Below, piece after piece: positions 37,785 through 51,540 of a stretch of DNA of 64,000 nucleotides. The notes beneath the pieces were generated by a model, which worked only from the letters and a program-made list of their open reading frames with translations, was not told the DNA's origin and made no database searches. The stretch covers positions 45,262,001 through 45,326,000 of the forward strand of contig NC_086097.1 of assembly GCF_963921235.1 (NCBI RefSeq). The letters are read 5' to 3'. The position numbers and the translations under genes were made by a program. The first letter of the stretch is position 1. Each line of letters begins with the position of its first letter. This stretch comes from Mobula hypostoma. Lineage: Eukaryota.

Positions 37785-39880
37785 TTATCAAAGTGCACGT
37801 ATGCCACCATTTACAACCCTGAGATTCATTTTCTTGTGGGCATTCACAGTAAGTACAAAACATTCGTAGAATTAATGAAAAATTGCACACACAACAAGAC
37901 AGATAACCAACTGTGTAAATACAAAAGAAAACAAAATAATTATAAACTTAATTATAAATAATAATTGTAATATCACTGAGCAGCAGTGAACCATCGGATT
38001 GGCCTATCAGAGGTCTCTTTTGGAACTAGTGGACTTGATCAGCATTTCTGATCTGGCTATTGTTCACGATTTCACTTAATATTAAAAATAATGAATTAAT
38101 AAGTAAATAAGCAAGCAATAAATATCAGGAATATGAGATAAAGAGTCCTTGAAACTGAGTCCATAGATTGTGGGAACGATTCTGTGTTGGGGTGAGTGAA
38201 GTTGAGTGAAGTTTTCCCACCTGGTTTAAGAGCCTGAATGTTGAAGGATAATAACTGTTCCTGAAGCTGGAGGTGTTGGTCCTGAGACTTCTGTGCATTG
38301 CTGTTTCCATTCCAGACTATGATGCAACCATTGGGTATATGTTCCACTGTACATCTACAGAAGTTTGTTGAAGTTTTGGATGACATGCCAAATCTTCACA
38401 AACTTCTAAGGACGTAGAGGCACTGTTGTGCTTCCTTTGTGGTGGTATTTATGTGCTGGGCCCAGGACAGATCCTTTGAATTGATAATGTCGAGGAATTT
38501 AAAATTGCTGACCTTCTCCACCTGTGATCCCCCCAATGAGGACTGGCTCATGGTCCTCCAGTTTCCTCCTCCTGAAATCAATAATCACTTCCTTGGTCTT
38601 GCTCATATTGAGTGAGAGGTTGCGGTTGTGGTGCCATGGAGCCAGATTTTCAATCTCCCTCCTGTATGCTGACTCATCACCACCTTTGATTTGGCCAAAA
38701 CTTAAATACAGCATTGGAGCGGTGCTTAGCCTCACAGTCATAAGTATAAAGCACGTAGAACAAGGGTTAAGCACACAGCCTTGTGGTGCACTGTTGATTG
38801 TGGAGGAGGTGTTGTTGCCAATCCGAACTGACTGGGGTCTGCAAGTGAGCAAATCGAGGATCCTGTTGCACAAGGATGTATTGAATATTAAGTCTTGGAG
38901 CTTATTGATAAGCTTTGAGAGGATGATAGTGTTGAGTGCAGAGCTGTAGTCAGGAAGAGCATCCAGATGTGTGTGTCTCCGTTGTCCAGATGTTCCAGGG
39001 TTGAATGAAGAACCAATGAAATGGCATCGGCTGTGACCTGTTGCGACGGTTGGCAAACTGGAAAGGAGCTAAATTGCTCTTTAGGCAGGAGATGATAGGT
39101 TTCATCACCAACCTCTCAAAGCACTTCATCACTGTGGATGTAAGAGTTACTGGACAATAGTCACTGAGGCAGGTTGCCAGATTCTTCTCGGGCACCAGTA
39201 CAGTTGAAGCTTGCTTGAAGCAGGTGGGTACCTCAGAAGGTCGAAGTGATAAGTTCAAGGAATCAGTGAACACTCCAGCCAGTTGGTAGGCACATCTCCA
39301 GTATTGGGTCAGGTACCCAGTCTGGGCCAGATGCTTTCCGTGGCTTCACCCTCCTGAAGGATACCCTTACATTGCCTCAGAGACACAGGGTTGTCGGGAG
39401 CTGTGGGGGTTCAGGAAGGAGCCTCCATGCTTTGTTGGTCAAAGAGAGCATAAAAGGCATTGAGCTCATCTGGGAGCCAAACGTTATTGTCACCCTGCTT
39501 GGTTTTGCTCTATAGGAGGTGGTAGCATGTTTCACCTGTTGAGCATCCTTCTACAATTCCAGTTTGGTTCAGAGTTGCCAGTTGGCATGTGAAGTCGTCC
39601 CGAATCTTTTGTATTTTACTTGGAGCAGACCCCAAATGATCTTGTGGGGACACACTAATTCACGACTGACTTCATAAAGTCTCTGTCAACTGTGGTGTAT
39701 TTGTTCCGATCCTCTATAAGTCCTTAAACGTAGGCCAGTCCACTGAATTGAAGCAGCCACATAGACTCTCCTGCAGCCACCTCTTCACTGTCCTTACTTC
39801 TGGAGCCTTGCTCTTTAGCCTCTGCCTTTATTCAGGTAGGAGGAGGACAGCCAGATGGACTGTAAATTGTCTTTACTCCG
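37785..39880 (-). mobile_element. Rex1/Babar LINE, degraded
   Basis: VPTCFKQASTVLVPEK...[48 protein letters not shown]. The 3' tail at 37785-37960 is separated from the body by ~120 bp of unrelated DNA. Confidence 0.88.
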
Positions 39881-40109
39881 AGGGAAGTTGTTGGAAATGT
39901 GTGGAGAAAGGCTATGGGGAGAATTAGTGAGTAGGCAAATAGTCTGTGGGCTAAGTTGTCCTCCTCATGATCACACATGTGGAAACGTAGCTCAGTTCTA
40001 TTCTCTCCATTAACACCGCCCAACCTGTTGGGACTTTGACAGCTCTCACCTGCATTTCCCAGCTTTCACAAGTCCTTTGTTAGTTTCCCCTCGTTAATGT
40101 AACCAGAAG

Positions 40110-41119
40110 ACCACAATTTGTGCAGATTGGTAATAACATCTCCACCTTACTGACAATCAACCTGGGCACACCTCAGGGGTGTGTGCTTAGCCCACTGCTC
40201 TACTCTCTCTACACCCATGACTGTGTGGCCAGGAACAGCTCAAATACCATCTATAAATTTGCTGACTATACAACCATTGTTGGTAAAGTCTCAGATGGTG
40301 AAGAGAGGGCGTACAGGAGCGAGATATACCAGCTAGTGGAGTGGTGTCGCACCAACAACCTTGCACTCAACGTCAGTAAGACGAAAGAGCAGATTGTGGA
40401 CTTCAGAAAGAGTAGGACGAGGGAACATGAACCAATCCTCATAGAGGGATCAGAAGTGGAGAGAGTGAGCAATTTCATGTTCTTGGATATTAATATCTCT
40501 GAGGATCTAACCTGGTCCCAACAATTCAATGCAGCTGTAAAGAAGGCAAGACAGCAGCTATATTTCATTAGGATTTTGAGTAGATTTGGTATGTCACCTA
40601 AAACACTCATATATATTTCTACAGATGTACCATCAAGAGCATTGTGACTTGCTGCATCACCACCTGGTGGTGGGGGTAGGGGGGCGGTGCTACTGTACAG
40701 GGTTGAAATAAGCTGCAGAGAGTTGTAAAATTAGTCAGCATCATGGGCACTGGCCTCCAGAGTATCCAAGACATCTTCAAGGAGCGGTGCCTCAAAAAGG
40801 CATTGTCTATCACCCAGGACATGCCCTCTTCTCATTGCTACCATCAGGGAGGACATACAGAAGCCTGAAGCAAACACTCAACGATTCAGGAACAGCTTCT
40901 TCCCCTCTGCCATCTGATTTCTGAATGGACATTGAACCCATGAACACTACCTCACTACTTATTATTTCTTTTCTTTTTGCTTATTTAATTTACATATTTT
41001 ATAAATATCCACTTAATGTAATTCACATTTTTTCTATATTATCATGTATTGCATTATACTGCTGCAGCAAATTTAACAAATTTCATGACATATGCCGGTG
41101 ATATTAAACCTGATTCTGT
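40110..41119 (+). mobile_element. Rex1/Babar LINE, 5'-truncated, relatively young
   Basis: ORF 40120-40647: GTPQGCVLSPLLYSLYTHDC, KFADYTT (catalytic DD mutated), EWCRTNNLALNVSKTKE; tail aaacctgattctg. Confidence 0.92.
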
Positions 41120-43814
41120 ATCAACCAGATGGCTTTATGAACAGCCTTTCACCTCATTAGAAACATTCTCATTGTCTGATCTATTCCTCCTCCACTGTTC
41201 GCAACCTACAACTTACTTGGCTTCCCTATATCCCAGTGTGCAGTCTTTGGTCTGAAATGTTAACACTGTTTCTCTTTTGGCAGATGCTGCTGAAACTGTG
41301 CTAAGTGTTTCCAGCACGTCATGTTTTTAAAACAAGAAGATTTATTGCGCAAGCTATTTAACCAAAAAGTCATTAAATAGTATTTAGGGTCAATTCCATC
41401 CTTGGTTGCATGTGGTGACCACATTGCTATTGGCTGTATTCATCTCTGCATGCTCCATTGCCTTCAGCTGGACCACACAAGTTAGATGTAGATGTAAACC
41501 AGTCAGTAAGATCATGGTTGACACAAGAGACTGCAGACATCGGAATCTGGAGCAAAATGATCACACCTGATCTTATAGTAACCTCAACTTTGCATTGCTA
41601 CTTAACCCGTTAACATTTCAGAGTCTTCTATATCTAAAAGCCCACAGACCTCTACCTTCGAAGTATTCAAAGGCTTCACTTCCAGTCCTTCGAGGAAGAG
41701 TTTCAAAGATGTGCAGTAATCAGAAAGAAGATTTACTTTGAAACTGTGAACCCTAGTTTCAGATTCTACCACAAGAAATGCCCTCTCCTACATGGCCCCT
41801 CAAGATCTTATTTTACAAACAAATCACCCCTCCCGCCACATTTACAAGGGTGAATACCAAAAGTGGCCAATACTCCAGTGCTGCCAATGAAAGACTTTCT
41901 CACTGGGTATCCTTACCTCATTTCCATGTGCTTACAACAAAAGCTGATTAATGGTGACTTTCTTCATAATACGCTCAGCATATTGGATGGTTTTTATTTG
42001 AAAAGAGATTAAAAATTCAGTGCTATCTCATTAATATTAACACTCGCCATTCATCAGTCTCTGGGCCTGGCATGTTCTAGTCCTACATACAAAATGGGAC
42101 TCCTGTAAACTGGTGGAAGTCCGTAATAGACCATTATTTCAAGCGTTACAAATTAATGACTCCCACATTCCATGCTCTCATATAAAATACAGAACTTTGG
42201 CATTTTAATTCCTTTGACTTTATTATAAAAGATAAATTAAAATAACAAAATAAAAACTTCAGAAGGAAAGCCAGGTTTAACAAAACTACCAGAAATAAAT
42301 AACTCAGGTTGTAATATTCCAGCTGCCATCAAAACGATTGGAGCAACCACAGCCCAAAGTGATGGTTGAGCCAATACATCATCAGAAGAACTGCAAAATG
42401 TTATACCTTTGACACCTGTACTCTGTGATATGGGTCATAGATAAGTTGGAAGGTGCAAACCATGTGTACATTGCCTCACAGTGCAGAAAGCCTACTTTGT
42501 ACTGAGATACACCAGAAAGTCAACATGCTGTACATCATTGTGGAGAGAGAGACGTGAGCTGACTTCTTGCTCTCTTCACAGGCAGGGCGCACACTCCAGC
42601 TGGAGCCCTTGAAGGATTTGTCAAGTGGAAGCTAAACATTGCTCATGTTTGGAATGGAGAGCTGTGAATAAGGGGCAACTCCCACCCAGCTGCACCTGGC
42701 TCAACTCGATATCAGCACTGACAGAAAGTTGGAGATAGGTCACTCTGTCAGAATTTTGTTTGGCACAAAGAGACGTATGAAAAGCAGTCTCAAAAGGGGA
42801 GAATTTGGAACAAAAGAATTGCTGTTTTAATATGAATCAAACTCGTGTACCTTTCAGCCGTGCTGCTAATTTACGTGGGATCTGAAGAAATGTCAGCTCT
42901 TCTGGAGTAACACTCCGCACGGTACTGTGTGGAGATGCCAACTTTCTGACATTTCCTGCAGAGCCTTTCTGTTCACACTGTCCAATAAATGGGCCATTGT
43001 CCAACGACACACAGTGGACAATGAAGTGCTGCCAATCTCAAAGATTCAGTTTGTAATCTGATTTTATACAAACTTTGTTCATGTGATATTCGTTAAATGA
43101 GTTGTGGTCAAAATTTAGTCCTTCGTCCATTTCTGCATTATATTTCTAGTTTATTTTCAAGAATATGTTTGAATTTATCATTGGGCTATATTGGCATCCA
43201 AAGTGTAAAATGCATCATTCATCGTATGTGCGATATAAACGTGTTTGTTGTTGTTAGTGTGCTGGTATCCCTGGAGACCATTATAGATGATAATTCCTCA
43301 GCTCCATACAGATGCTATCTCTAACCACACTACACCTGACGACACTTACAGTCACGATGAACATCAAATATAGCCTCTAGGAAGGTTGGACAGGTTTACA
43401 GAAAATCTGTGACATACCCACTGGGCGTTGCTGATGAACAACACAAGCAATCGGTCTCAGAAGCCTGCAGTCAGAAATGGAAAATGATTTGGTTGTGAAA
43501 ATCTGCCTGGGTGCAAAAAGCTTGGAGCAAAAGTAAACAGAGAATGGCCAAAAAAAGGGAGACAAATCTGATCATAGGAAAATTAAATGCACAGGTAAAG
43601 GGACTGGAGGATAAAGTAAGGTCATCGTTTACATAGGAAATAGAACAAGATGACTGAGGCACAGGTAGCTGTGGAGTGTATAAGTGGTGAAAAGTGATAG
43701 ACCTTGGTACTGTACATAGGAGAAGTGGGAATACGTGTTGCTGTGAGCAATGTTCTCAAAGTAGAGAATCATGTTGAAAATCCATGTCACTGTGCTGCTT
43801 TATAGGTGGGCACA

Positions 43815-46800
43815 TAAACAGATATAAGATCATAAGATATGGGAGCAGAAGAAGGCCATTCGGCCCATCGAATCTGGTCCACCATTCAATTATGGGCAGA
43901 TCCAATTCTTCCAGTCATCCCCACCCTCCTGCCTTCTCCCCATACCCTTTGATGTCCTGGCTATTCAGAACTTGTCTAACTCTGCCTTAAATGCACCCAA
44001 TGACTTGACCTCCACAGCCACTCATAGCAATAAATTCCACAGATTTACCACCCTCTGACTAAAGTAATTTCTCTGTAAATTTGTTCTAAGTGGACATTCT
44101 TCAATCCTGAGGTTGTGCCCTCTTGTCCTAGTCTCCCCTATCATGGGAAATAACTTTGAAATATCTAATCTGTTCAGGCCTTTTAACATTCAGAATGTTT
44201 CTATGAGATCCCTCCTCATTCTCCTGAACTCCAGGGAATACAGCTCAAGAGCTGCCAGATGTTCCTTATACGGTAACCCTTTCATTCCTGGAATCATTCT
44301 CGTGAATCTTCTCTGAATCCTCTCCAATGTCAGTATATCCTTTCTAAAATAATGAGCCCAAAACTGTACACAATACTCCAGGTACAGTCTCATGAGTGCC
44401 CTATAGAGCCTCAACATCACATCCCTGCTCTTATATTCTATATCTCTAGAAATGAATGCCAACATTGCATTTGCCTTCTTCACCACTGACTCACCTTGGA
44501 GGTTAACCTTTAGGGTATCCTGCACAAGGTCTCCCAAGTCCCTTTGCATCACTGCATTTTGAATTCTCTCCCCATCTAAATAATAGACTGCTTGTTTATT
44601 TCTTCCACCAAAGTGCACGACCATACACTTTCCAACATTGTATTTCATTTGCCACTTCTTTGCCCATTCTCCTAAACTATCTAAGTCTCTGTTTCCTCAA
44701 CACTACCCGCTCCTCCACCTATCTTTGTATCATCAGCAAATTTAGCCACAAATCCATTAATACCATAGTCCAAATCATTGACATACATCGTAAAAAGCAG
44801 CGGTCCCAACACCGACCCCTGTGAAACTCCACTGGTAACCGGCAGCCAGGCAGAATAAGACCCCTTTATTCCTACTCTCTATTTTCTGCCTATCAGCCAA
44901 TGCTCCACCCATGCTAGTAACTCGCCTGTAATTCCATGGGCTCTTATCTTGCTAAGTATCCTCATGTGCAGCACCTTCTGAAAATCCAAAGGCCTTCTGA
45001 AAATACAAATACACCATGTCTACTGCATCTCCTTTGTGTACCCTGCTTATAATTTCCTCAGAAAATTGCGGTAGGTTAGTCAGGCAGGATTTTCCTTTCA
45101 GGAAACCATGCTGGCTTTGGCCTATCTTGTCAGGTGCCTCCAGGTACTCTGTAATCTCATCCCTAACAATCAATTCCAACAACTTCCCAACCACTGATGT
45201 CAGGCCAACACGTCTATAGTTTCCTTTCTGCTGCCTTCTTAAATAGAGGAGTAACATTTGCAATTTTCCAGTCATCTGGTACAATGCCAGAATCTATCAA
45301 TTCTTGAAAGATCATTGTTAATGCCTCCGCAATCTCTCCAGCTACTTCCTTCAAAACCCAAGGGTGCATTCCATCAGGTCCAGGAGATTTATCCACCCTC
45401 AGACTATTCAGCTTCCTGACCACCTTCTCAGTTGTAATTTTCACTGCACATACTTTACTTCCCTGACACTCTTGAATGTCCGGTATACTATGGATGTCTT
45501 CCACTGTGAAGACAGATGCAAAATATGCATTCAGTTCCTTTGCCATCTCTGTGTCTCTCATTATAATATCTCCAGCATCATTTTCTATTGGTTCTATATC
45601 TACTCTCAACTATCTTTTACCCTTTATATACTTAAAAACAGCTTTTCATATCTTCTTTGATATTAGTCGCCAACTTCCTTTCATAATTCATCTTTTTCTT
45701 TCTAATGCCTTCTTAGTTTCTTTCTGCAAGATTTTAAAAGCTTCCCAATCCTCTATCTTCCCATTAGGTTTGGCTTCCTTGTATGCCCTCTCTTTTGCTT
45801 TTACTTTGGCTTTGACTTCACTTGTCAGCTGCAGCAGTGTCCTTCTTCTGTTCGAAAATTTCTTCTTAATAGGAATATATCTGTCTTGCACTTCCCTCAT
45901 TTTTTGCAGAAACTTCAGCAATTGCTGCTCTGCTGTCCTTCCTACTAGTGTCCCCTTCAGTCAACCTTGGCCAGTTCCCCTCTCATGCCATTTTAATTTC
46001 CTTTATTCCACCGAAATTGGTTTTTATATTTTCCCTTTCAAATTTAATGTGAACTTGATCATATTGTGATCACTGTTCCCTAAGGGTTCCTTAACCATAA
46101 ACTCTCTTATCACCTCCAGATTACTGCACAACACCCAATCCAGCACAGCTGATCCCCTAGTGGGCTCAACAACAAGATTTTCTAAAAAGCCATCCCTTAG
46201 ACATTCTACAATTTCTCTCTCTTGAGGTCCAGTACTGGCCTGGTTTTCCCAATCCATTTTCATGTTAAAATCCCCAGTGATTATCGTGACATTGCCCTTC
46301 TGACACGACTTTTCTATCTCCTACTGTAATTTGTAATCCACATCCTGGCTGCTGTTTGGAGGCCTGTTTACAACAGACATTTGGGTCTTTTTACCCTTGT
46401 CATTTCTTAACTCAACCCATAGAGACCCTATACCTTCCGATCCTATGTCATCCCTTTCTAACGATGTAATATTATTTCTTACACACAGGGCCACACCACC
46501 CCCTCTGCCTACTAACCTATCTTTCCGATACACCCTATATCCTTGGACGTTCAGCTCCCAATGGCAGCCATCCTTTAGCCAAGTTCCAGAGATGGCCAAA
46601 ACGTCATACTTGCCAATCTGTAGATGAATTTCAAGATTGCCCATTTTATTTCTTATGCTGCGTGCATTCAAACACAACACTTTCAGTCAGTATTTGTTGC
46701 TTTCTGTTTTAACTTCACCATGCCCCTATTGCCATGTAACTGATCCCGCTGGCTGTGATTATGCCTCATCTCCTGCCTGTCCTTCCTATCATCACTGTTG

Positions 46801-46885
46801 CATGCTATTTTTGATTTATTTCTATTTACCCCTTCCTCGGCCCTATCACTCCAGTTCCCATCCCCCTGCCAAATTAGTTTAAACG
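43815..46885 (-). mobile_element. CR1 LINE with nearly the full ORF2 span (APE endonuclease + RT), frameshifted
   Basis: CLNARSIRNK, YRKDR..GRGGGVAL, LGNSDHN, KSPGPDGMHP, QHGFLKGKSCLTNL, LEYCVQFW across ORFs 44190-46680; gtttaaactaatttggcagggggatgggaac ORF1/ORF2 junction at the 5' end. Confidence 0.95.
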
Positions 46886-46917
46886 CTCCCTTCCATTTAA
46901 AGATAGAAAGACTACAA

Positions 46918-47046
46918 GGACAAACAAAAAAAAACTGCAGATGCTGAAAATCCGAGCAACACACACAAAATGCTGAAGGAACTCAGCAGGCCAGGCAGCA
47001 TCTATGGAAAAGAGGATAGTCGACATTTCAGGCCGAGACCCTTCAC
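46918..47046 (-). mobile_element. PLE terminus truncated within the hammerhead
   Basis: ctgcagatgctgaaaatcc...acacacaaaatgctgaaggaactcagcaggccaggcagcatc...tttcaggccgagacccttc; similarity stops before the CUGANGA box is complete. Confidence 0.8.
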
Positions 47047-47869
47047 CATCTATGCTGGGGCTTCATATTTCACAATTTATGCAAAAGATTTGAATGATAG
47101 CGAGGGTATGGCTTCTACTTTTTCACTTATATTTCTGTCATCAGGAAATGTGTGCTGGGAAGAGACAATAAGAATAACGCAAGTGGATAGGTTAGTTGAG
47201 TAGGCAAACTTCTGGCAAACAGAGTGTTAAAAGTGAAAATGTGGAATTTTCTACAAAAATAATGGAAATGGAGCAAAGGTTCCCTGTTGTGGGAGAACTT
47301 TGAAACATTGGGTCACTGTTGTAACATCAGGGTCCATCCATTTCTAGCAGAGATGAGGTGACATTTTGCTTTTGCCCTTAAAGAACTATGTGCCTTTGGA
47401 AATCTCCTCAAGACATAATGGTGTGTAAAGATCAGCCACTGAGAAAGAAAAGGAATGAGTCAGAGTGAGACGATAAATACTCGTGGAGAAAAAGGAGTGA
47501 AAAAGATTAGGCTAATGATTATCAGGGTTTGAGTTGAAGAGTAATCATGAATTTCAGAGTGAAAAAATGTATTAAGCAGCAAGAATGCGTGATTATGGGA
47601 ATGTTTGAAGAAGTGAGGAAATACAAGTGGGTAAATAAATTAATAAGAAAGTGTGTGTGCCAGTGTGTCAGCAGCAGATGATGAAGATAATTTTTATGAT
47701 CAGTGTTCTGAGCATCTCAGTTCTCAGTCTCCTTACCGATATGGTTGAGGTAAAAAAAAACAAGTCAAATTCCAATTCTGTCCATGTCTATAACACAGTA
47801 TTTTGCAGCCCTCTACCCAAATATTTAAAGTTATTGGGCAACTGTGGAAAGTATGCAGGCAAGCCCCGT

Positions 47870-48226
47870 TTTGCTGTGAAACGGGGACGCCACTTTTTCC
47901 CTTATTAGGGAGAGAGAAAGAGCCTGTGGTATGTCGAATACTGGGTGAACGAGTAGTCTTTGGGGTACTGCAAGCCTGTGTCTTTATTGATGTTTTGCTG
48001 CATGCTTGAGTGCTCGGTGGGGGAGGGGGTGCTGATGCTTTTTTTGCTGCTGGTGGGATTGTTGCTTTGCAGCTGCTTACACGGGGGGTAGCTGGAGGGG
48101 AGGCTTTGGGGTTCTTACATTTAACTGTCATTCATTCTTTGGGGCACTCCTCTGTTTTCGTGGATGATTTCAGGACGCATATTGTACACATTTCTCTGAC
48201 ATTAAATGTACCTTCGAAACCTTTGA
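47870..48226 (+). mobile_element. Non-autonomous retroposon-like repeat
   Basis: GT-rich, CpG-retaining block ending ...tctctgacattaaatgtaccttcgaaacctttgaa, a tandem-type tail like the Rex tails; no protein homology. Confidence 0.45.
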
Positions 48227-49237
48227 AGCCTGGGTAATGAACAGCTCCTGTTTCCACCCTGCACAATTCTATATTTCTGGAATATTATATAGGGAGAAAC
48301 AAAAATTAATACACCCTCACATCCAGGACAGGTGCCATTTATGTTACAGAATATTGGTGAACTTGATTAACATGTGCTGATAAAGCAGTGTTCTCTGTGA
48401 CTTTCTGTTTATGTTTCTCTTCGTTTCCCTGGTAATAACTTTGCATAGTAACATTTTGGAGCAACAAAAAGGCTGTTGCTATGACACAGTTGCAAAACAG
48501 AGTGCTGAAGGGGGAAATGAACCAAATACCATGCAATTTGATTTCACATCTTGGCTCAGATATTAATTAATAATACTTAACATTAAAAACTACAAAGAAC
48601 TTGATTGTTTTCTTGTTTTTAAACATAGCAGGATAAGCTAATCTAATTTTATATTTCAGAACTGGATCGCTGTTCTTGAAATTTTACTTTATGAAAAAGC
48701 ATGCTTTGCCAATTACATATAGCTATCAGTGTTTTTTAAATCCATTTTTGCACAGACTCTTATCAATGTAGAAAGGCTAAGAAACTCTGGTATGTTGTAA
48801 TGTGTGCACTGGATGTCACAGCAGTGGTGTATCAATGTTAATTTTGGTTATGGGCTCCCATCTGTGAATTTAATTTGCTCCTGTCTGAACTGAGACTTGG
48901 TCAGGGCCGAGTATCGGTTGTGAAAAGTTCAATACACCAGACAAGCTTGAATTCAGCTTAGTGATTAGGAAGCGGCCAAACAGTATGGGGTGAAGGTTAA
49001 AATTCAGCTAGGGCAGGTAGTTGGAGGATAGGATTAATGAACAGAGAACAGAGACATGGAGAACTACTGTGAAGGGGCAGCAGAATATTCAACTCTCACC
49101 GGTCACAGTGTCTCTACCCTAAATGAGTTTCTAATATGGAATGTGTATTCTCATAGCTATCTGAAGTTACATTGCACTTTTACATTATACACAGTGAAAC
49201 TGTACTACATTGACAAATAGTAGTCACCTAACACATA

Positions 49238-49764
49238 CAGTGGCCCACTTTACACCTATACAGCTGCTCATTAATGCAGATCTCTAATCAGCCAATCATG
49301 TGGCAGCAACTCAATGAATAAAAGCATGCAAACATGGTCAAGAGGTTCAGTTGTTGCTCCGACCAAACGTCAGAATGGTGAAGAAATGTGATCTAAGTGA
49401 CTTTGACTATTGTTGGTGCCAGACAGGGTGGTTTGAGTATATCAGCAACTGCTGATCTCCTGGGATTTTCACGCAAAACAGTCCCTGAGTTTAGAGAGAA
49501 TGCTGCAAATAAACAAAAAAAAAACATCCAGTGAGTGGTGGCTCTGTGTTAATGCGAGAGGTCAGAGGAGAATGGTCAGAATGTTTCAAGCTGACAGGAA
49601 GGTGACAGTAACTCAAATAACCATATGTTACAACAGTGGTGTGCAGAAGAGCATCTCTGAACACACAACACATTGAACCTTGAAGTGGATGGGCTACAGC
49701 AGCAGAAGACCATGAACATGCACTCAGTGGCCACTTTATTAGGTACAGGTACCTTATTAGGTAC
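49238..49764 (+). mobile_element. Tc1-family transposon deletion derivative (N-terminal HTH region only)
   Basis: TA|cagtggcc start. Reads IVGARQGGLSISATADLLGFSRKTV and RGQRRMVRMFQADRKVTVTQIT..YNSGVQKSISEHTT..TLKWMGYSSRRP; no DDE domain. Confidence 0.82.
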
Positions 49765-51332
49765 TGTGGTGCTTTATATACAGTGCCCAGGAACAGGGGA
49801 TGATTACCTCATTTCCAACATATGCAGCAATCCACAATCAAACAATCCGCAGCAAGAAATAAAGGTTTAAGAATTAAAGCAACACTTCTTAAATATAAAC
49901 ATATTATTTAACAAACTTGCTCCTTAATATTGTTCCCTTCAAATAAAAAAGAGACTGTTCTGTGACTTACGATCATATCTACAAGTTTTCTCCTTTGAAA
50001 TATACAGAGACTAATTTGAATTTAATGTAGCCAACTCTTCAAGAATATAAATTTTCTTTACTAATTTTAACTAACATCTGAAGTTTACTCATAAGCCTCA
50101 ACTTCAAAAACAAGTGATTATGAGCCAATTTCTTCCTACTTGTTGTCATGGCTGGCTGCTAGTACATTTGGTTGACTTCCAGATGCCAATTATTTCGGTC
50201 TGCCCATTATTTGGGAGACAGCCTAATTTGAGAGAGTTAGTGAACAGGACGGCGTTAGTACTGTTCCCAATTGAGTCCTGAATAATGGAAAATGGTCAAA
50301 CATCAATCGAGTTTTGGTCCTTCCTAGGAGTTGCTTCACCATTGTGAATAAGTGAGGCCTATTAATCTGGTCTCCATGGAACTGGCTGAAGTTGTTCAAA
50401 ACCTCCAAATTCCCAATTATACTTGCAGTGCCAATGTAGATCTCAGTCAGATCATCTCAGTGTGACATAAAGGAAATGTAATCCTCCAGAATTCAGAGTT
50501 AGATCTTTGCTGACTCTACTTGTGTATCAAGCAGCATTAACTGGCCTTGCCGACTTTCTGACCACAAGGAAACAGCACAATATATTGCATTAGGTGTTTG
50601 AAGTAGCCTTACACAAATCCTCAGCTTCGTAGTCTAACTTTTTTCCTGGGCTCAACTGTTAAAGTGAGGGATTTTACTCTTGGAATAGCAAGAACTCTGA
50701 GACATTTATATTTAATGATTTTTTATGAGTTAATTGCTAATTCTCAACAAATTGAAAGCATATCTTAAATCGATACAACTGAAGGTGCACAGTGGTCTGA
50801 TACTGAGATATTATCAAGACTGGCAGATTGAGTTCATGTTAATCAGCCTCAAAGAAACGACAATATCCTCACATAAGCTGCTTTCTTAAGCATTCAGATC
50901 ACGTTTGCAAAGCTGAGATGACGATAACAAAAACACCACCAGCTTTTATAAAACATATTAATGGCGAAAAAAAAACTCCTGGGAGCAAATTCTAACTGCA
51001 TATTGGAGAAACTAGGGCAAAAGGAGTAAACATTCAGTTAAAGAAATAAAGCAGCACCTCCAAGCTGAGAGAAAGGTTGCAGATCAAATGATTGATGAAC
51101 AAGATTCCACAACCTGTGGCTTTGGCAGCTGAAATGCAGCTACCGATGGTGAGCCATTAAATTTTGAACGATCAAGAAACCAGAATTGGAACAACGTACA
51201 GATCTAGAAAGGTTGAATATCAGGAGGAAATTGCCAAGATAAGGGAGCACGGAGTCACAGGACTTCAAAACAGAAGCAAAATAAAACCAGCACACTGTGC
51301 AATTGGGAGCCAAGGTCGGTAAGCACAGATGT

Positions 51333-51540
51333 GGGAGGTACAGTAGTGTAGTGGTTAGCGCATTGCTTTACAGTACCAGTGACAGCAGTTCAATTCCCAC
51401 CGCTGTCTGTAAGGAGTTTGTACGTTCTCCCAGTGACCGTATGGTTAACCATACTGGTTAAGAGGTTAATTGTGCAGATAGGTGTCATTGGTCTGGAAAT
51501 GCCTGTAACCATGCTGTATCTCTAAATAATAAAAAAAAAA
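51333..51540 (+). mobile_element. tRNA-derived V-SINE with internal deletion
   Basis: A-box tagtgtagtgg, B-box gttcaattcc, V-domain start aggagtttgtacgttctccc, A-rich tail. Confidence 0.75.

Noticed and set aside
47733..48131. 132-aa Pro/Ala/Lys-rich ORF
   Set aside because: Antisense reading of a GT-rich repeat; low complexity, no splice context.
51333..51410. tRNA-like A and B boxes
   Set aside because: No cloverleaf; continues into a SINE body and A-tail, so it is a SINE head, not a tRNA gene.
51439..51454. 16-bp palindrome GTATGGTTAACCATAC at the SINE deletion point
   Set aside because: About one is expected by chance in this window; at most a repair scar.
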